Shown one piece after another: positions 18,946-27,283 of a stretch of DNA of 52,152 bases; position 1 is the stretch's first letter; every line of letters begins with the position of its first letter. A program made the translations under genes and the position numbers. The notes beneath the pieces were generated by a model. That model did no database searches. It saw only the letters and a program-made list of their open reading frames with translations, and was not told the DNA's origin. Origin of the DNA: a virus (Duplodnaviria; Caudoviricetes); IMG/VR virus record IMGVR_UViG_3300021197_001711, positions 1-52,152 of that record, one strand, 5' to 3'.

Positions 18946-19611
18946 ATGTCAATTATAACGCTTAAGCGGAGTTCCGTAGCCGGTAAAATACCGACAACAT
19001 CAAACTTATCCCAAGGGGAGCTCGCGCTTAATACTAACGATGGACGATTATATTCGTCTAATGGCACCAGTGTGTTTGAAATCGGTGCTAGTGTTCATTC
19101 CCTTTCCGTAGGTGCTGGTAATTTTTCTGTTGCCAATGGCACACTCACATTTCCTACAACAGATGGATCGGCCAATCAGTTTCTCAAGACTGACGGCAGT
19201 GGTAACCTATCGTTTGGTACCCCAAGTCCCAGTAGGCAAGCAATACATATTATAACGTCCGATACGTTACTCGATTCTTCAGACCATGACAGCGCTGTAG
19301 TAGTCAACACTACCAATAACGTCAAGATAGAACTGGACGAATCTACAAATCTCACGGTAGGAGATAAATTCACAATTCTCCCCGTTAAAACTACAACAAT
19401 CACAATAGAGCTCGAAGGATCCGACTACTTTATGGGTAGTCCATCATATTCAACGTTGCAAATAAATGTCCTGAAGGACACGCAGATCAGCAGTTATCAA
19501 AACACTACAATTGATACAGCATCAGGTGTTGAAACAATTTCAGCAGCTCTATACTCTAAAATAGAAGTGTTGTATGTTGGTGCTAGGAAGTTTGTTCTGG
19601 TCAAGCAATGA
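18946..19611 (+). CDS. Short fibre/tip protein, paralogous N-domain
   Basis: ITLKRS..GELALNTNDGRLYSS; DGSANQFLKTDGSGN; distinct C-domain without a DGG end. Confidence 0.75.
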   Translation: MSIITLKRSSVAGKIPTTSNLSQGELALNTNDGRLYSSNGTSVFEIGASVHSLSVGAGNFSVANGTLTFPTTDGSANQFLKTDGSGNLSFGTPSPSRQAIHIITSDTLLDSSDHDSAVVVNTTNNVKIELDESTNLTVGDKFTILPVKTTTITIELEGSDYFMGSPSYSTLQINVLKDTQISSYQNTTIDTASGVETISAALYSKIEVLYVGARKFVLVKQ

Positions 19612-19618
19612 TAATTAT

Positions 19619-19626
19619 TATAAATA
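19619..19626 (+). promoter_or_regulatory. T4-type late promoter for head operon
   Basis: TATAAATA. Confidence 0.8.
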
Positions 19627-19655
19627 ATACGTAATTAAATAAAGTTGAGGTTATT

Positions 19656-19862
19656 ATGTCAAACTCTTACGACAATGCTTTCGATGCTGTGATGAATAAG
19701 AACCCTGCAGAATTTCAAGATGCGGTGGGTGGTATTCTAGCTGATAAGCTGAGAGAAAGAATAGGTGTAGAGAAGGTGGCCGTTGCACAGAGCTTCCTAA
19801 ATGAGCCTGAGGCAGAGCTCGAACACGAAGAACAAGAAGAGGTTGCAGATGAAGAAGTTTAG
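19656..19862 (+). CDS. Prohead core protein, gp67-like
   Basis: Small helical protein with acidic tail upstream of gp21, as T4 gp67. Confidence 0.6.
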   Translation: MSNSYDNAFDAVMNKNPAEFQDAVGGILADKLRERIGVEKVAVAQSFLNEPEAELEHEEQEEVADEEV

Positions 19863-20175
19863 AGAACTAATCGAAGCTCCTGGGGCTCCTGCGCAGGACA
19901 ATAAAACAGAAAAAGACGACGATCAGGAAGTTAAAGGTTACAAGCCTCGTTCCAAAGGAGAAGAGGACTTTGCCGATGCTCACACTGTAGATAAAAAAGA
20001 TCATCCTGTAGCGGATGATGCTCAGTTCTCAGGCGGTGGTAAGAAAGGTAGCCCTGAAGAACATAAAGGTGGCAAGAAGCATGCTGGTGGCGAAGATGTC
20101 GTAATGCAAGGGTCGTCCAAGATTAAAGAAAGTTTTTCTTCTTTTATAAAGGAGATACAAGATGGCGACGATTAA
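19849..20175 (+). CDS. Charged low-complexity prohead core/internal protein (gp68 position)
   Basis: Start reassigned to ATG 19849 (SD GAGG), giving MKKFRELIEA. Confidence 0.6.
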   Translation: MKKFRELIEAPGAPAQDNKTEKDDDQEVKGYKPRSKGEEDFADAHTVDKKDHPVADDAQFSGGGKKGSPEEHKGGKKHAGGEDVVMQGSSKIKESFSSFIKEIQDGDD

Positions 20176-20425
20176 ACTATTGGGTACTTCAGCTGATCTT
20201 TCTACAGCCAATAACTGTGGACTTGCAACAATGGTGCGAGTTATCAATACAGGTGCAGGAGAGGTTACTGTAACAGTTGCGAATACAGTGGGCCCAGAGA
20301 ACGATGGTGGCCAAGGTGGATCCGTAGTCATTGAAGCTGGCGCTTCTGAAATAGTAATGAAGCAACCCACAGACACTGTGACAGCAACTGCAGATGTTAA
20401 AGCAACTCCGGTAGCAAGGTACTAA
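20162..20425 (+). CDS. Small beta-rich hypothetical (possible head decoration) protein
   Basis: SD AAGGAGA; lies in the head operon just before gp21. Confidence 0.6.
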   Translation: MATIKLLGTSADLSTANNCGLATMVRVINTGAGEVTVTVANTVGPENDGGQGGSVVIEAGASEIVMKQPTDTVTATADVKATPVARY

Positions 20426-20427
20426 CA

Positions 20428-21084
20428 ATGAAACTCATATGCGAAATAAACGAAAATCTAGAGTACGTAGCTGAAGAGACTGAAAGTGGTGGTAAGAGCC
20501 ATCATATCAAAGGTGTGTTCATGCAAGGTAATCTCAAGAACAGAAATGGTCGTGTTTATCCCATGGAAGTTTTAGAAAACGAGGTTAACCGTTATACTAA
20601 AGAGTATATAGACCGTAAGAGAGCTTTTGGTGAACTTGGCCATCCATCTGGTCCAACCATTAATCTAGATCGTGTGTCGCATATGATAACAGAGCTTAAG
20701 AGAGAAGGTGATAACTTTATTGGTAAGGCCAAGATCATGGATACCCCGATGGGGAATATCGTAAAGAATTTGATGGACGAAGGCGCTACCATTGGTGTAT
20801 CGTCACGTGGTATGGGATCACTAAAGCAAAACAGAAGCGGTATTGCTGAAGTGCAAAAAGACTTTATGCTGGCTACTGCAGCAGATATTGTAGCAGATCC
20901 ATCTGCTCCTGACGCTTTCGTTGAAGGTATAATGGAAGGTGTCGAGTGGCTTTATGATGATCGCGCTGGTTGGAAACAAGTACAAATGAGTGAAATGCTT
21001 AGAGACGATCTGAAAACTAAATCTGCCAAACAAATTGAAGAGAATAAAATCAAAATATTTGAGAACTTCCTCTCAAAACTATAA
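20428..21084 (+). CDS. gp21: Prohead protease gp21
   Basis: KNRNGRVYP, GELGHP, GVSSRGMGS, DIVADPSAPDA. Confidence 0.96.
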   Translation: MKLICEINENLEYVAEETESGGKSHHIKGVFMQGNLKNRNGRVYPMEVLENEVNRYTKEYIDRKRAFGELGHPSGPTINLDRVSHMITELKREGDNFIGKAKIMDTPMGNIVKNLMDEGATIGVSSRGMGSLKQNRSGIAEVQKDFMLATAADIVADPSAPDAFVEGIMEGVEWLYDDRAGWKQVQMSEMLRDDLKTKSAKQIEENKIKIFENFLSKL

Positions 21085-21087
21085 TTT

Positions 21088-21095
21088 TATAAATA
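21088..21095 (+). promoter_or_regulatory. T4-type late promoter for gp22
   Basis: TATAAATA. Confidence 0.8.
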
Positions 21096-21129
21096 ATAAA
21101 GAACAAGAATCCCATAAAGGAGAAATGTA

Positions 21130-22251
21130 ATGTCTGATAAAGAACTAGAGATGAAAGAAGTCGCCGACGAGCAGTTGGACGAGTTCAAAGCATCTTATGG
21201 TGATCCATCAGAAGTACCTGCGCCTGCTGCAAAGAAGGCTAAGGCACCTGGTAAGTCTAAAAACGTCGAAGACGATCCTAAGGATGCACCCACTGCAGTT
21301 AAACCAAAAGCTGCTGCAGTTAAAGAATCCAAACTTGGTATGATCCAAGCCATGATCGAACGAATGAATACTATGAGAAAAGAAGATCTCATCAGTTCTT
21401 TCGACAGTGTTCTGGAAGCTCTTCAGTCCAATCAACATGATGGCGAAGATGTACAAGAAGAGTCTGTCGAAGTAGTTCGAGCTGGACATAAGGTAACTTC
21501 TGACGATGTGGACATTAACGAAGATATCGCTGCTCTTTTCTCAGGTGACGAGTCTCTGTCTGAAGAGTTTAAAGAAAAAGCTACAACCGTATTTGAAGCT
21601 GCTGTAATTGGTAAGATCAATGAGCAACTAGAAAAGTATGTTGTAGAAATCGATTCTGAAATTCAAGCTGAGAAGGACAGACTGAAAGAAGAGACTGTTA
21701 GTCAGCTTGATCAATATCTTGACTATGTTGTTGAGAATTGGATGGCAGAGAATCAGTTGGCTGTCGAAGCTGGTATCAAGTCCGATATTACCGAGAGCTT
21801 CATAACTGGTCTTAAAGACCTGTTTACCGAACACTACATTGAAATCCCTGATGACAAGGTAGATGTTGTTGAAGAGCTAGCAGCACGTGCTGATGAGCTT
21901 GAGACTCGCCTCAATGGTGAGATCGAAAGAACTTCAGACATGAAGACTGAAATTAATGAGTTCAGGAAAGCTAAGCTGTTCGCTGAGGCTTCAGAATCCT
22001 TAACTGAGACACAAAAAGAAAAATTTAAGGTTTTAGCTGAGAGTGTTGATTTTGTGGACGAAAGCATCTTTACAAGCAAACTTGAGACGCTGAAAGAAAG
22101 TTACTTTTCTTCTGCAGAGGAAACCACAGCTATCGTAAGCGATTTCGATGACGCTGAGCCTCTCGAAGAAGAAGTTACAACGACAGCACGTTCAGGTGAT
22201 CCAGAGATGTCAGCTTATGTTGGCGCAATTTCAAGAACACTGAAAAAATAA
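21130..22251 (+). CDS. gp22: Prohead scaffold protein gp22
   Basis: LSEEFKEKATTVFEAAV, YLDYVVENWM, LFTEHYIEIP; synteny. Confidence 0.93.
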   Translation: MSDKELEMKEVADEQLDEFKASYGDPSEVPAPAAKKAKAPGKSKNVEDDPKDAPTAVKPKAAAVKESKLGMIQAMIERMNTMRKEDLISSFDSVLEALQSNQHDGEDVQEESVEVVRAGHKVTSDDVDINEDIAALFSGDESLSEEFKEKATTVFEAAVIGKINEQLEKYVVEIDSEIQAEKDRLKEETVSQLDQYLDYVVENWMAENQLAVEAGIKSDITESFITGLKDLFTEHYIEIPDDKVDVVEELAARADELETRLNGEIERTSDMKTEINEFRKAKLFAEASESLTETQKEKFKVLAESVDFVDESIFTSKLETLKESYFSSAEETTAIVSDFDDAEPLEEEVTTTARSGDPEMSAYVGAISRTLKK

Positions 22252-22255
22252 TACT

Positions 22256-22263
22256 TATAAATA
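22256..22263 (+). promoter_or_regulatory. T4-type late promoter for gp23
   Basis: TATAAATA, then SD AAGGAGA. Confidence 0.85.
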
Positions 22264-22294
22264 AAACTAGATCGACACCGTTAAGGAGACAACA

Positions 22295-23689
22295 ATGCAA
22301 TACGTAACAGAAGAACTAGTCGAAAAGTGGACCCCAGTTCTTGAGCACTCCGATCTTCCTGAGATCGCAGATACTCATCGTAGATCTGTAACCGCTACTC
22401 TACTAGAAAATCAACAACGCGCATCACGCGAAGCTGCACAAGGCTCGGGTGGTTACAACATGCCATCTCTCTTGGGAGAAGCTGCACCTGCTAACGCAAT
22501 GGGTGCCTCATCATCTGTAGCTGGTGATGGTAGCGTAGATATCTTCGACCCAGTTCTTATTTCGCTGGTTCGCCGTTCCATGCCTAACCTAATTGCTTAT
22601 GACATTGCTGGCGTTCAGCCAATGACTGGTCCTACTGGACTGATCTTTGCAATGCGAGCTCGTTACACTAGTCAAGCTGGTACTGAGGCTCTGTACAATG
22701 AAGCTGATACAGATTTCTCTAAGTCAGCTGCTGGTAACACTCTGTCTGGTTTTGCTCGTGATGAGTCAACTGGTGATGGCGTTACTACTGGTCAGACTGG
22801 TGCTGATCCCACAACTCGTGTTTCTGCTAATGCCTACACTGTAGCAACTGGTATGAGCACAGCACAAGCTGAAGCACTTGGAGATGCCTCCAACAATGCT
22901 TTCCAGCAAATGGCTTTCTCAATTGAAAAAGTATCTGTAACAGCTGTTTCACGTGCTCTGAAAGCTGAGTACACAATGGAACTTGCTCAAGACCTTAAAG
23001 CAGTACACGGCCTTGACGCTGAAACAGAACTTTCTAACATCCTCTCTGCTGAGATCCTTGCTGAAATCAACCGAGAAGTTGTTCGTACAATCAACTACAC
23101 TGCTACTGCTGGTGCACAAGACAATACTGCAGTCGCTGGTACTTTTAACCTGGACGTCGACTCAAACGGTCGTTGGTCAGTTGAACGCTTCAAGGGAATG
23201 ATTTTCCAAATCGAGCGTGAAGCTAACCAGATCGCTAAGGACACAAGGCGTGGTAAGGGTAATATCCTAATCTGTTCTTCTGACGTAGCTTCTGCTCTTC
23301 AGATGGCTGGTGTTCTGGATTACACTCCTGCTCTGTCTTCTAACCTGAATGTTGATGACACTGGTAACACTTTCGCAGGTGTATTGAACGGTCGTATCCG
23401 AGTATACATCGATCCTTACTTCGCAAGTGCTGCTGGTAACCAGTACATGACAATCGGCTACAAAGGCTCAAGCGCTTTTGATGCTGGTCTGTTCTACTGC
23501 CCATACGTACCTTTACAAATGGTTCGTGCGGTTGGTGAAGAGAGCTTCCAGCCTAAGATTGGTTTTAAGACTCGCTACGGCATGGTCGCAAATCCATTCG
23601 CTAAGGGCGCTACTGCTGGTAATGGTTCTATCTCTTTCGCAGATAAGAACGTATACTACAGAATGGTTGCTGTTTCAAACCTGATGTAA
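22295..23689 (+). CDS. gp23: Major capsid protein gp23
   Basis: GVQPMTGPTGLIFAMR, ELAQDLKAVHGLDAE, FQPKIGFKTRYG. Confidence 0.98.
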   Translation: MQYVTEELVEKWTPVLEHSDLPEIADTHRRSVTATLLENQQRASREAAQGSGGYNMPSLLGEAAPANAMGASSSVAGDGSVDIFDPVLISLVRRSMPNLIAYDIAGVQPMTGPTGLIFAMRARYTSQAGTEALYNEADTDFSKSAAGNTLSGFARDESTGDGVTTGQTGADPTTRVSANAYTVATGMSTAQAEALGDASNNAFQQMAFSIEKVSVTAVSRALKAEYTMELAQDLKAVHGLDAETELSNILSAEILAEINREVVRTINYTATAGAQDNTAVAGTFNLDVDSNGRWSVERFKGMIFQIEREANQIAKDTRRGKGNILICSSDVASALQMAGVLDYTPALSSNLNVDDTGNTFAGVLNGRIRVYIDPYFASAAGNQYMTIGYKGSSAFDAGLFYCPYVPLQMVRAVGEESFQPKIGFKTRYGMVANPFAKGATAGNGSISFADKNVYYRMVAVSNLM

Positions 23690-23717
23690 TAATAAGAACT
23701 GGGTAACCAGTCTTTTG

Positions 23718-23745
23718 AAAGGGTCTCTTCGGAGGCCCTTTTTTT
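23718..23745 (+). terminator. Rho-independent terminator after gp23
   Basis: AAAGGGTCTC-TTCG-GAGGCCCTTT plus T tract; small ACTGG-GTAA-CCAGT hairpin just upstream (23698-23711). Confidence 0.9.
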
Positions 23746-23763
23746 ATGCGTGATTTTTATACG

Positions 23764-23771
23764 TATAAATA
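23764..23771 (+). promoter_or_regulatory. T4-type late promoter for gp3
   Basis: TATAAATA. Confidence 0.8.
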
Positions 23772-23787
23772 GTAGAGAGGTATACTT

Positions 23788-24312
23788 ATGAGCACATTAA
23801 ACAGTCAACCAACCAATAAGAATATGCTATCCCCAACAGGATTCAGATTCGTATTGGATAGAACACCTGGTATAAATTACTTTACCTACAGTGTACCAAT
23901 CCCAACTCTCACGCTTGGTGACTACGATGTGGCTACGCCTTTTGTTACATTGCCATACCCGGGTGACAAGCTGAGATATGAACCTCTCTCACTGAGATTC
24001 AGAGTAGATGAGGATCTCAAGAACTATATGGAAATACACAACTGGCTTGTTTCCCTTGGCTATCCTGAATCGTTTGATGGAAATGCTTATCAAGGAACAA
24101 GAGGATCAGCATTCAAGAACAGCAATGTTTTCTCGGATGGGACGTTGTTAGTATTGTCTAGCAATCAGAATCCCAATTTAAGTATTAGTTTTGAGGATAT
24201 GTTTCCTATTGCTTTGACAGAATTGACATTCGATGCCTCACTTACAGATATCGAATATCTCGAAGCTACAGCAACATTTAGATACAAAGCATATAAAATT
24301 ACCGAAGTTTAG
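23788..24312 (+). CDS. gp3: Tail tube terminator/completion protein gp3
   Basis: LSPTGFRF, PGDKLRY, FRVDEDLKNYMEIHNW; usual position after gp23 in marine T4-likes. Confidence 0.85.
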   Translation: MSTLNSQPTNKNMLSPTGFRFVLDRTPGINYFTYSVPIPTLTLGDYDVATPFVTLPYPGDKLRYEPLSLRFRVDEDLKNYMEIHNWLVSLGYPESFDGNAYQGTRGSAFKNSNVFSDGTLLVLSSNQNPNLSISFEDMFPIALTELTFDASLTDIEYLEATATFRYKAYKITEV

Positions 24313-24342
24313 TTGCTGCTAACCCGCATTATATCATATAAT
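24313..24342 (+). promoter_or_regulatory. Sigma70-type promoter for uvsY-uvsW
   Basis: TTGCTG-18 nt-TATAAT. Confidence 0.5.
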
Positions 24343-24370
24343 GGTAGCACGTGATAATTTAGGTGATGAT

Positions 24371-24811
24371 ATGCTAATTGATAATATAACTGAACAATGG
24401 ATACAGGATGCTAAGATTGATGATGTGGAACTTGATACTGAGAGTCTCAAAATCCCTTCGCTTCATGCCAAGTACCTTAAACTTCTCTATCAAGAGAAAC
24501 TTAAGCTCAAAAGCTATCTTATCAAAAGAAAAACCCTTTCCCGTATCTTGGCTGAATATTACAGAGGAGACTTGAACCATCCCGAAGATCTAAAAGAGAT
24601 ACAAAGAGAGCCGTGGTCACGTACGGTTCTTAAACAAGATTTACAAGGCTATGTAGATAGCGATGATGATATGATTAAACTCCTCACTAAAATATCTTAT
24701 CAAGAGGAGGTGGTTTCGTTATTGGAAGACATTATAAAAAATATTAACAACAGAGGCTTCCAGATCAAAAACAGTATAGAATGGAGAAAGTTGACAAATT
24801 TTGGTCTGTAA
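24371..24811 (+). CDS. uvsY: Recombination mediator UvsY
   Basis: ESLKIPSLHAKY, INNRGFQIKNSIEWRK; start moved to ATG 24371 (SD AGGTG). Confidence 0.9.
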   Translation: MLIDNITEQWIQDAKIDDVELDTESLKIPSLHAKYLKLLYQEKLKLKSYLIKRKTLSRILAEYYRGDLNHPEDLKEIQREPWSRTVLKQDLQGYVDSDDDMIKLLTKISYQEEVVSLLEDIIKNINNRGFQIKNSIEWRKLTNFGL

Positions 24812-24820
24812 TGAGACTAA

Positions 24821-26293
24821 TTGACAGTAGCAACACAACTTTATAGAGAATTGGTTACATTATCCAAAGTGAATGAGACGTTTATTAAAGTAGAATGCTC
24901 CGGTGGCTTAAGACAGGAGTTGAACGAATTCTTTTCGTTTTATGCCCCGGGATATAAATTCATGCCGCTCTATAAAAATAGAATGTGGGATGGAAAGATA
25001 CGTCTCTTCAATAAAAACTCTACTATGTACAGGGGGTTACTCCCCTATATTATTTCTTTCTGCAATGATAGAGATTACGATGTTAATGTATCCGATGAGC
25101 TCGACTACACCAACGAATGTTCGCTATCGGAAGTAGAAGAGTTTGCGAGCACATTGAATCTACCATTCAAACCAAGAGATTATCAAATCGAAGCAGTAGC
25201 TCATTGCGTTAGATTCAATCGTGCAATGGTTTTGTCTCCGACTGCTTCAGGTAAGTCGTTAATAATATATCTACTTACGCAGCTATATCGGGAGCACAAA
25301 ACTCTCATAGTAGTACCTACAGTATCTCTAGTACACCAAATGGCTGGTGACTTTAAAACGTATGGCTATACAGATGAGTGTAAACTTATTACTGCTGGTG
25401 TTGATAAAGAAAACATAACAGAAAACATTGTTGTTACTACATGGCAATCGGTATACAAGATGCCAAAGAAATGGTTTGATCAATTTGGTGTTACAATTGG
25501 TGATGAAGCACATCTGTTCAAAGCAAAGTCCCTGACTGACATAATGACAAAACTTACTGATTGTAAGTATAGATTCGGTTTCACTGGTACACTTGATGGA
25601 ACAGAAACACACAAGCTCGTACTAGAAGGATTGTTCGGTCAAGTTAAGTCGTTTGTAAAAACAAAAGATTTGATAGATGCTGGCACGGTAGCGGATCTAA
25701 AAATTAAAATACTGGTACTAAAGTACTCAGAAGAAACTTGCAAAGCGAATAAGAATCTCAACTTTCAAGATGAGATGGATTTCCTTGTTAGAAACGAGAG
25801 AAGAAATAAATTTATAAACAACCTCGTACAGTCACTTAATGGTAACACACTTGTATTGTTTCAGTATGTTCAGAAGCATGGAAAGGATCTGTACGCGCAG
25901 ATACAAGATAAAGTGAGCAAAGGCAGAAGAGTGTTCTTCGTTTTCGGTGGTACTGATGCGGAGACAAGAGAAAGTATAAGATCAATTACAGAGAAAGAAG
26001 CTAATGCTATTATTATAGCATCGTACGGTACCTTTAGTACGGGTATTAACATTAGAAATCTTCACAATGTTATATTTGCATCGCCATCCAAATCAAGGAT
26101 CCGCAATCTACAATCTATAGGACGTGGATTAAGAAAATCAGATTCTAAAACGGAATGCACGTTGTATGATATTGCTGATAATTTACAACACAAAAAGAAA
26201 GTAAACTATACGCTGAGGCATCTTTACGAAAGAGTGAAGATATACAACGAAGAGCAATTCGATTATAAAATCTACAAGATAAACCTGGAGTAG
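24821..26293 (+). CDS. uvsW: SF2 helicase UvsW
   Basis: SPTASGKS, GDEAH, GFTGT, LQSIGRGLR. Confidence 0.95.
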   Translation: MTVATQLYRELVTLSKVNETFIKVECSGGLRQELNEFFSFYAPGYKFMPLYKNRMWDGKIRLFNKNSTMYRGLLPYIISFCNDRDYDVNVSDELDYTNECSLSEVEEFASTLNLPFKPRDYQIEAVAHCVRFNRAMVLSPTASGKSLIIYLLTQLYREHKTLIVVPTVSLVHQMAGDFKTYGYTDECKLITAGVDKENITENIVVTTWQSVYKMPKKWFDQFGVTIGDEAHLFKAKSLTDIMTKLTDCKYRFGFTGTLDGTETHKLVLEGLFGQVKSFVKTKDLIDAGTVADLKIKILVLKYSEETCKANKNLNFQDEMDFLVRNERRNKFINNLVQSLNGNTLVLFQYVQKHGKDLYAQIQDKVSKGRRVFFVFGGTDAETRESIRSITEKEANAIIIASYGTFSTGINIRNLHNVIFASPSKSRIRNLQSIGRGLRKSDSKTECTLYDIADNLQHKKKVNYTLRHLYERVKIYNEEQFDYKIYKINLE

Positions 26294-26296
26294 TAT

Positions 26297-26680
26297 ATGG
26301 AATCTGGTATAAGATTGTTAAAACTGATAACTGGCGAAACAGTTATGGCCGACATAGTTTTCGATGATAGCAAGAAAATTGCAGTATTGAAAGAGCCATT
26401 GATATTTTCTGTTCTGAACAAAACAGATGGTTCTGTATCGATGGTTGCGACGAAATGGCTAGAAAGTTTATTCAATACACATAAAATAAAAACATATCAC
26501 ATTGTTGCCAATGTCGCTCCTACAGAATCGATGGAAGAGCTCTACGCTGAAAGTATAGCAGAACTAACATTGGAACGTGAATATGATTTGCATGGTGATG
26601 AAGAACGTAGCAGTACCGATGAATGGGATGACTTGATAGATGGTTTGATTGATGAGGATGGTACAACCATCGTTCACTAG
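26297..26680 (+). CDS. Conserved hypothetical protein (Sm-like N-terminus)
   Basis: LLKLITGETV motif; usual position between uvsW and gp55. Confidence 0.7.
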   Translation: MESGIRLLKLITGETVMADIVFDDSKKIAVLKEPLIFSVLNKTDGSVSMVATKWLESLFNTHKIKTYHIVANVAPTESMEELYAESIAELTLEREYDLHGDEERSSTDEWDDLIDGLIDEDGTTIVH

Positions 26681-26709
26681 TTGACTTGACCCACTACTTA
26701 ATGTAAAAT
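26681..26709 (+). promoter_or_regulatory. Sigma70-type promoter for gp55 operon
   Basis: TTGACT-17 nt-TAAAAT. Confidence 0.65.
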
Positions 26710-26731
26710 GTTTATTATTTGAAGGATTATT

Positions 26732-27283
26732 ATGTCTGAAGTAAAGAAGAAAGGTAAAACACAATATGTAAATAACAAGGACTTTCTAGCAGCCCTTGTT
26801 GTATATCGTGACCAGGTTGCTGAGGCAGCTAAGAATGATGCACCCCGGCCTCAAGTACCAAACTACGTAGGAGAGTGTGTAATGAAGATTGCAACCCACC
26901 TCGCACGTAAGCCTAACTTCATCAACTATACTTTTAAAGATGAGATGATCTCGGATGGTATTGAGAACTGCTTGCAGTATATTGATAACTTTAATCCTGA
27001 TACATCAAAGAATCCTTTCGCATACTTTACGCAAATCATTTGGTTTGCCTTCCTGCGAAGAATACAAAAAGAAAAGAAACTATTATATACCAAGTACAAG
27101 CTCACCGAACAGATAAATGTGATGAACATAACTTCTGATCGTCAGGACCACGATGCCAATGCTGACTTCAATGACAGTGTAAAAATGACTGAGTGGTCTG
27201 AAGAATACATGCATAACTTCATCAAAGACTTTGAAGAAAACAAGCGTCGACAAGTTAAGAAGCGTGAGAAAAAATCGAAATGA
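26732..27283 (+). CDS. gp55: Late sigma factor gp55
   Basis: YVNNKDF, EMISDGIENC, NPFAYFTQI..AFLRRIQKEK. Confidence 0.95.
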   Translation: MSEVKKKGKTQYVNNKDFLAALVVYRDQVAEAAKNDAPRPQVPNYVGECVMKIATHLARKPNFINYTFKDEMISDGIENCLQYIDNFNPDTSKNPFAYFTQIIWFAFLRRIQKEKKLLYTKYKLTEQINVMNITSDRQDHDANADFNDSVKMTEWSEEYMHNFIKDFEENKRRQVKKREKKSK

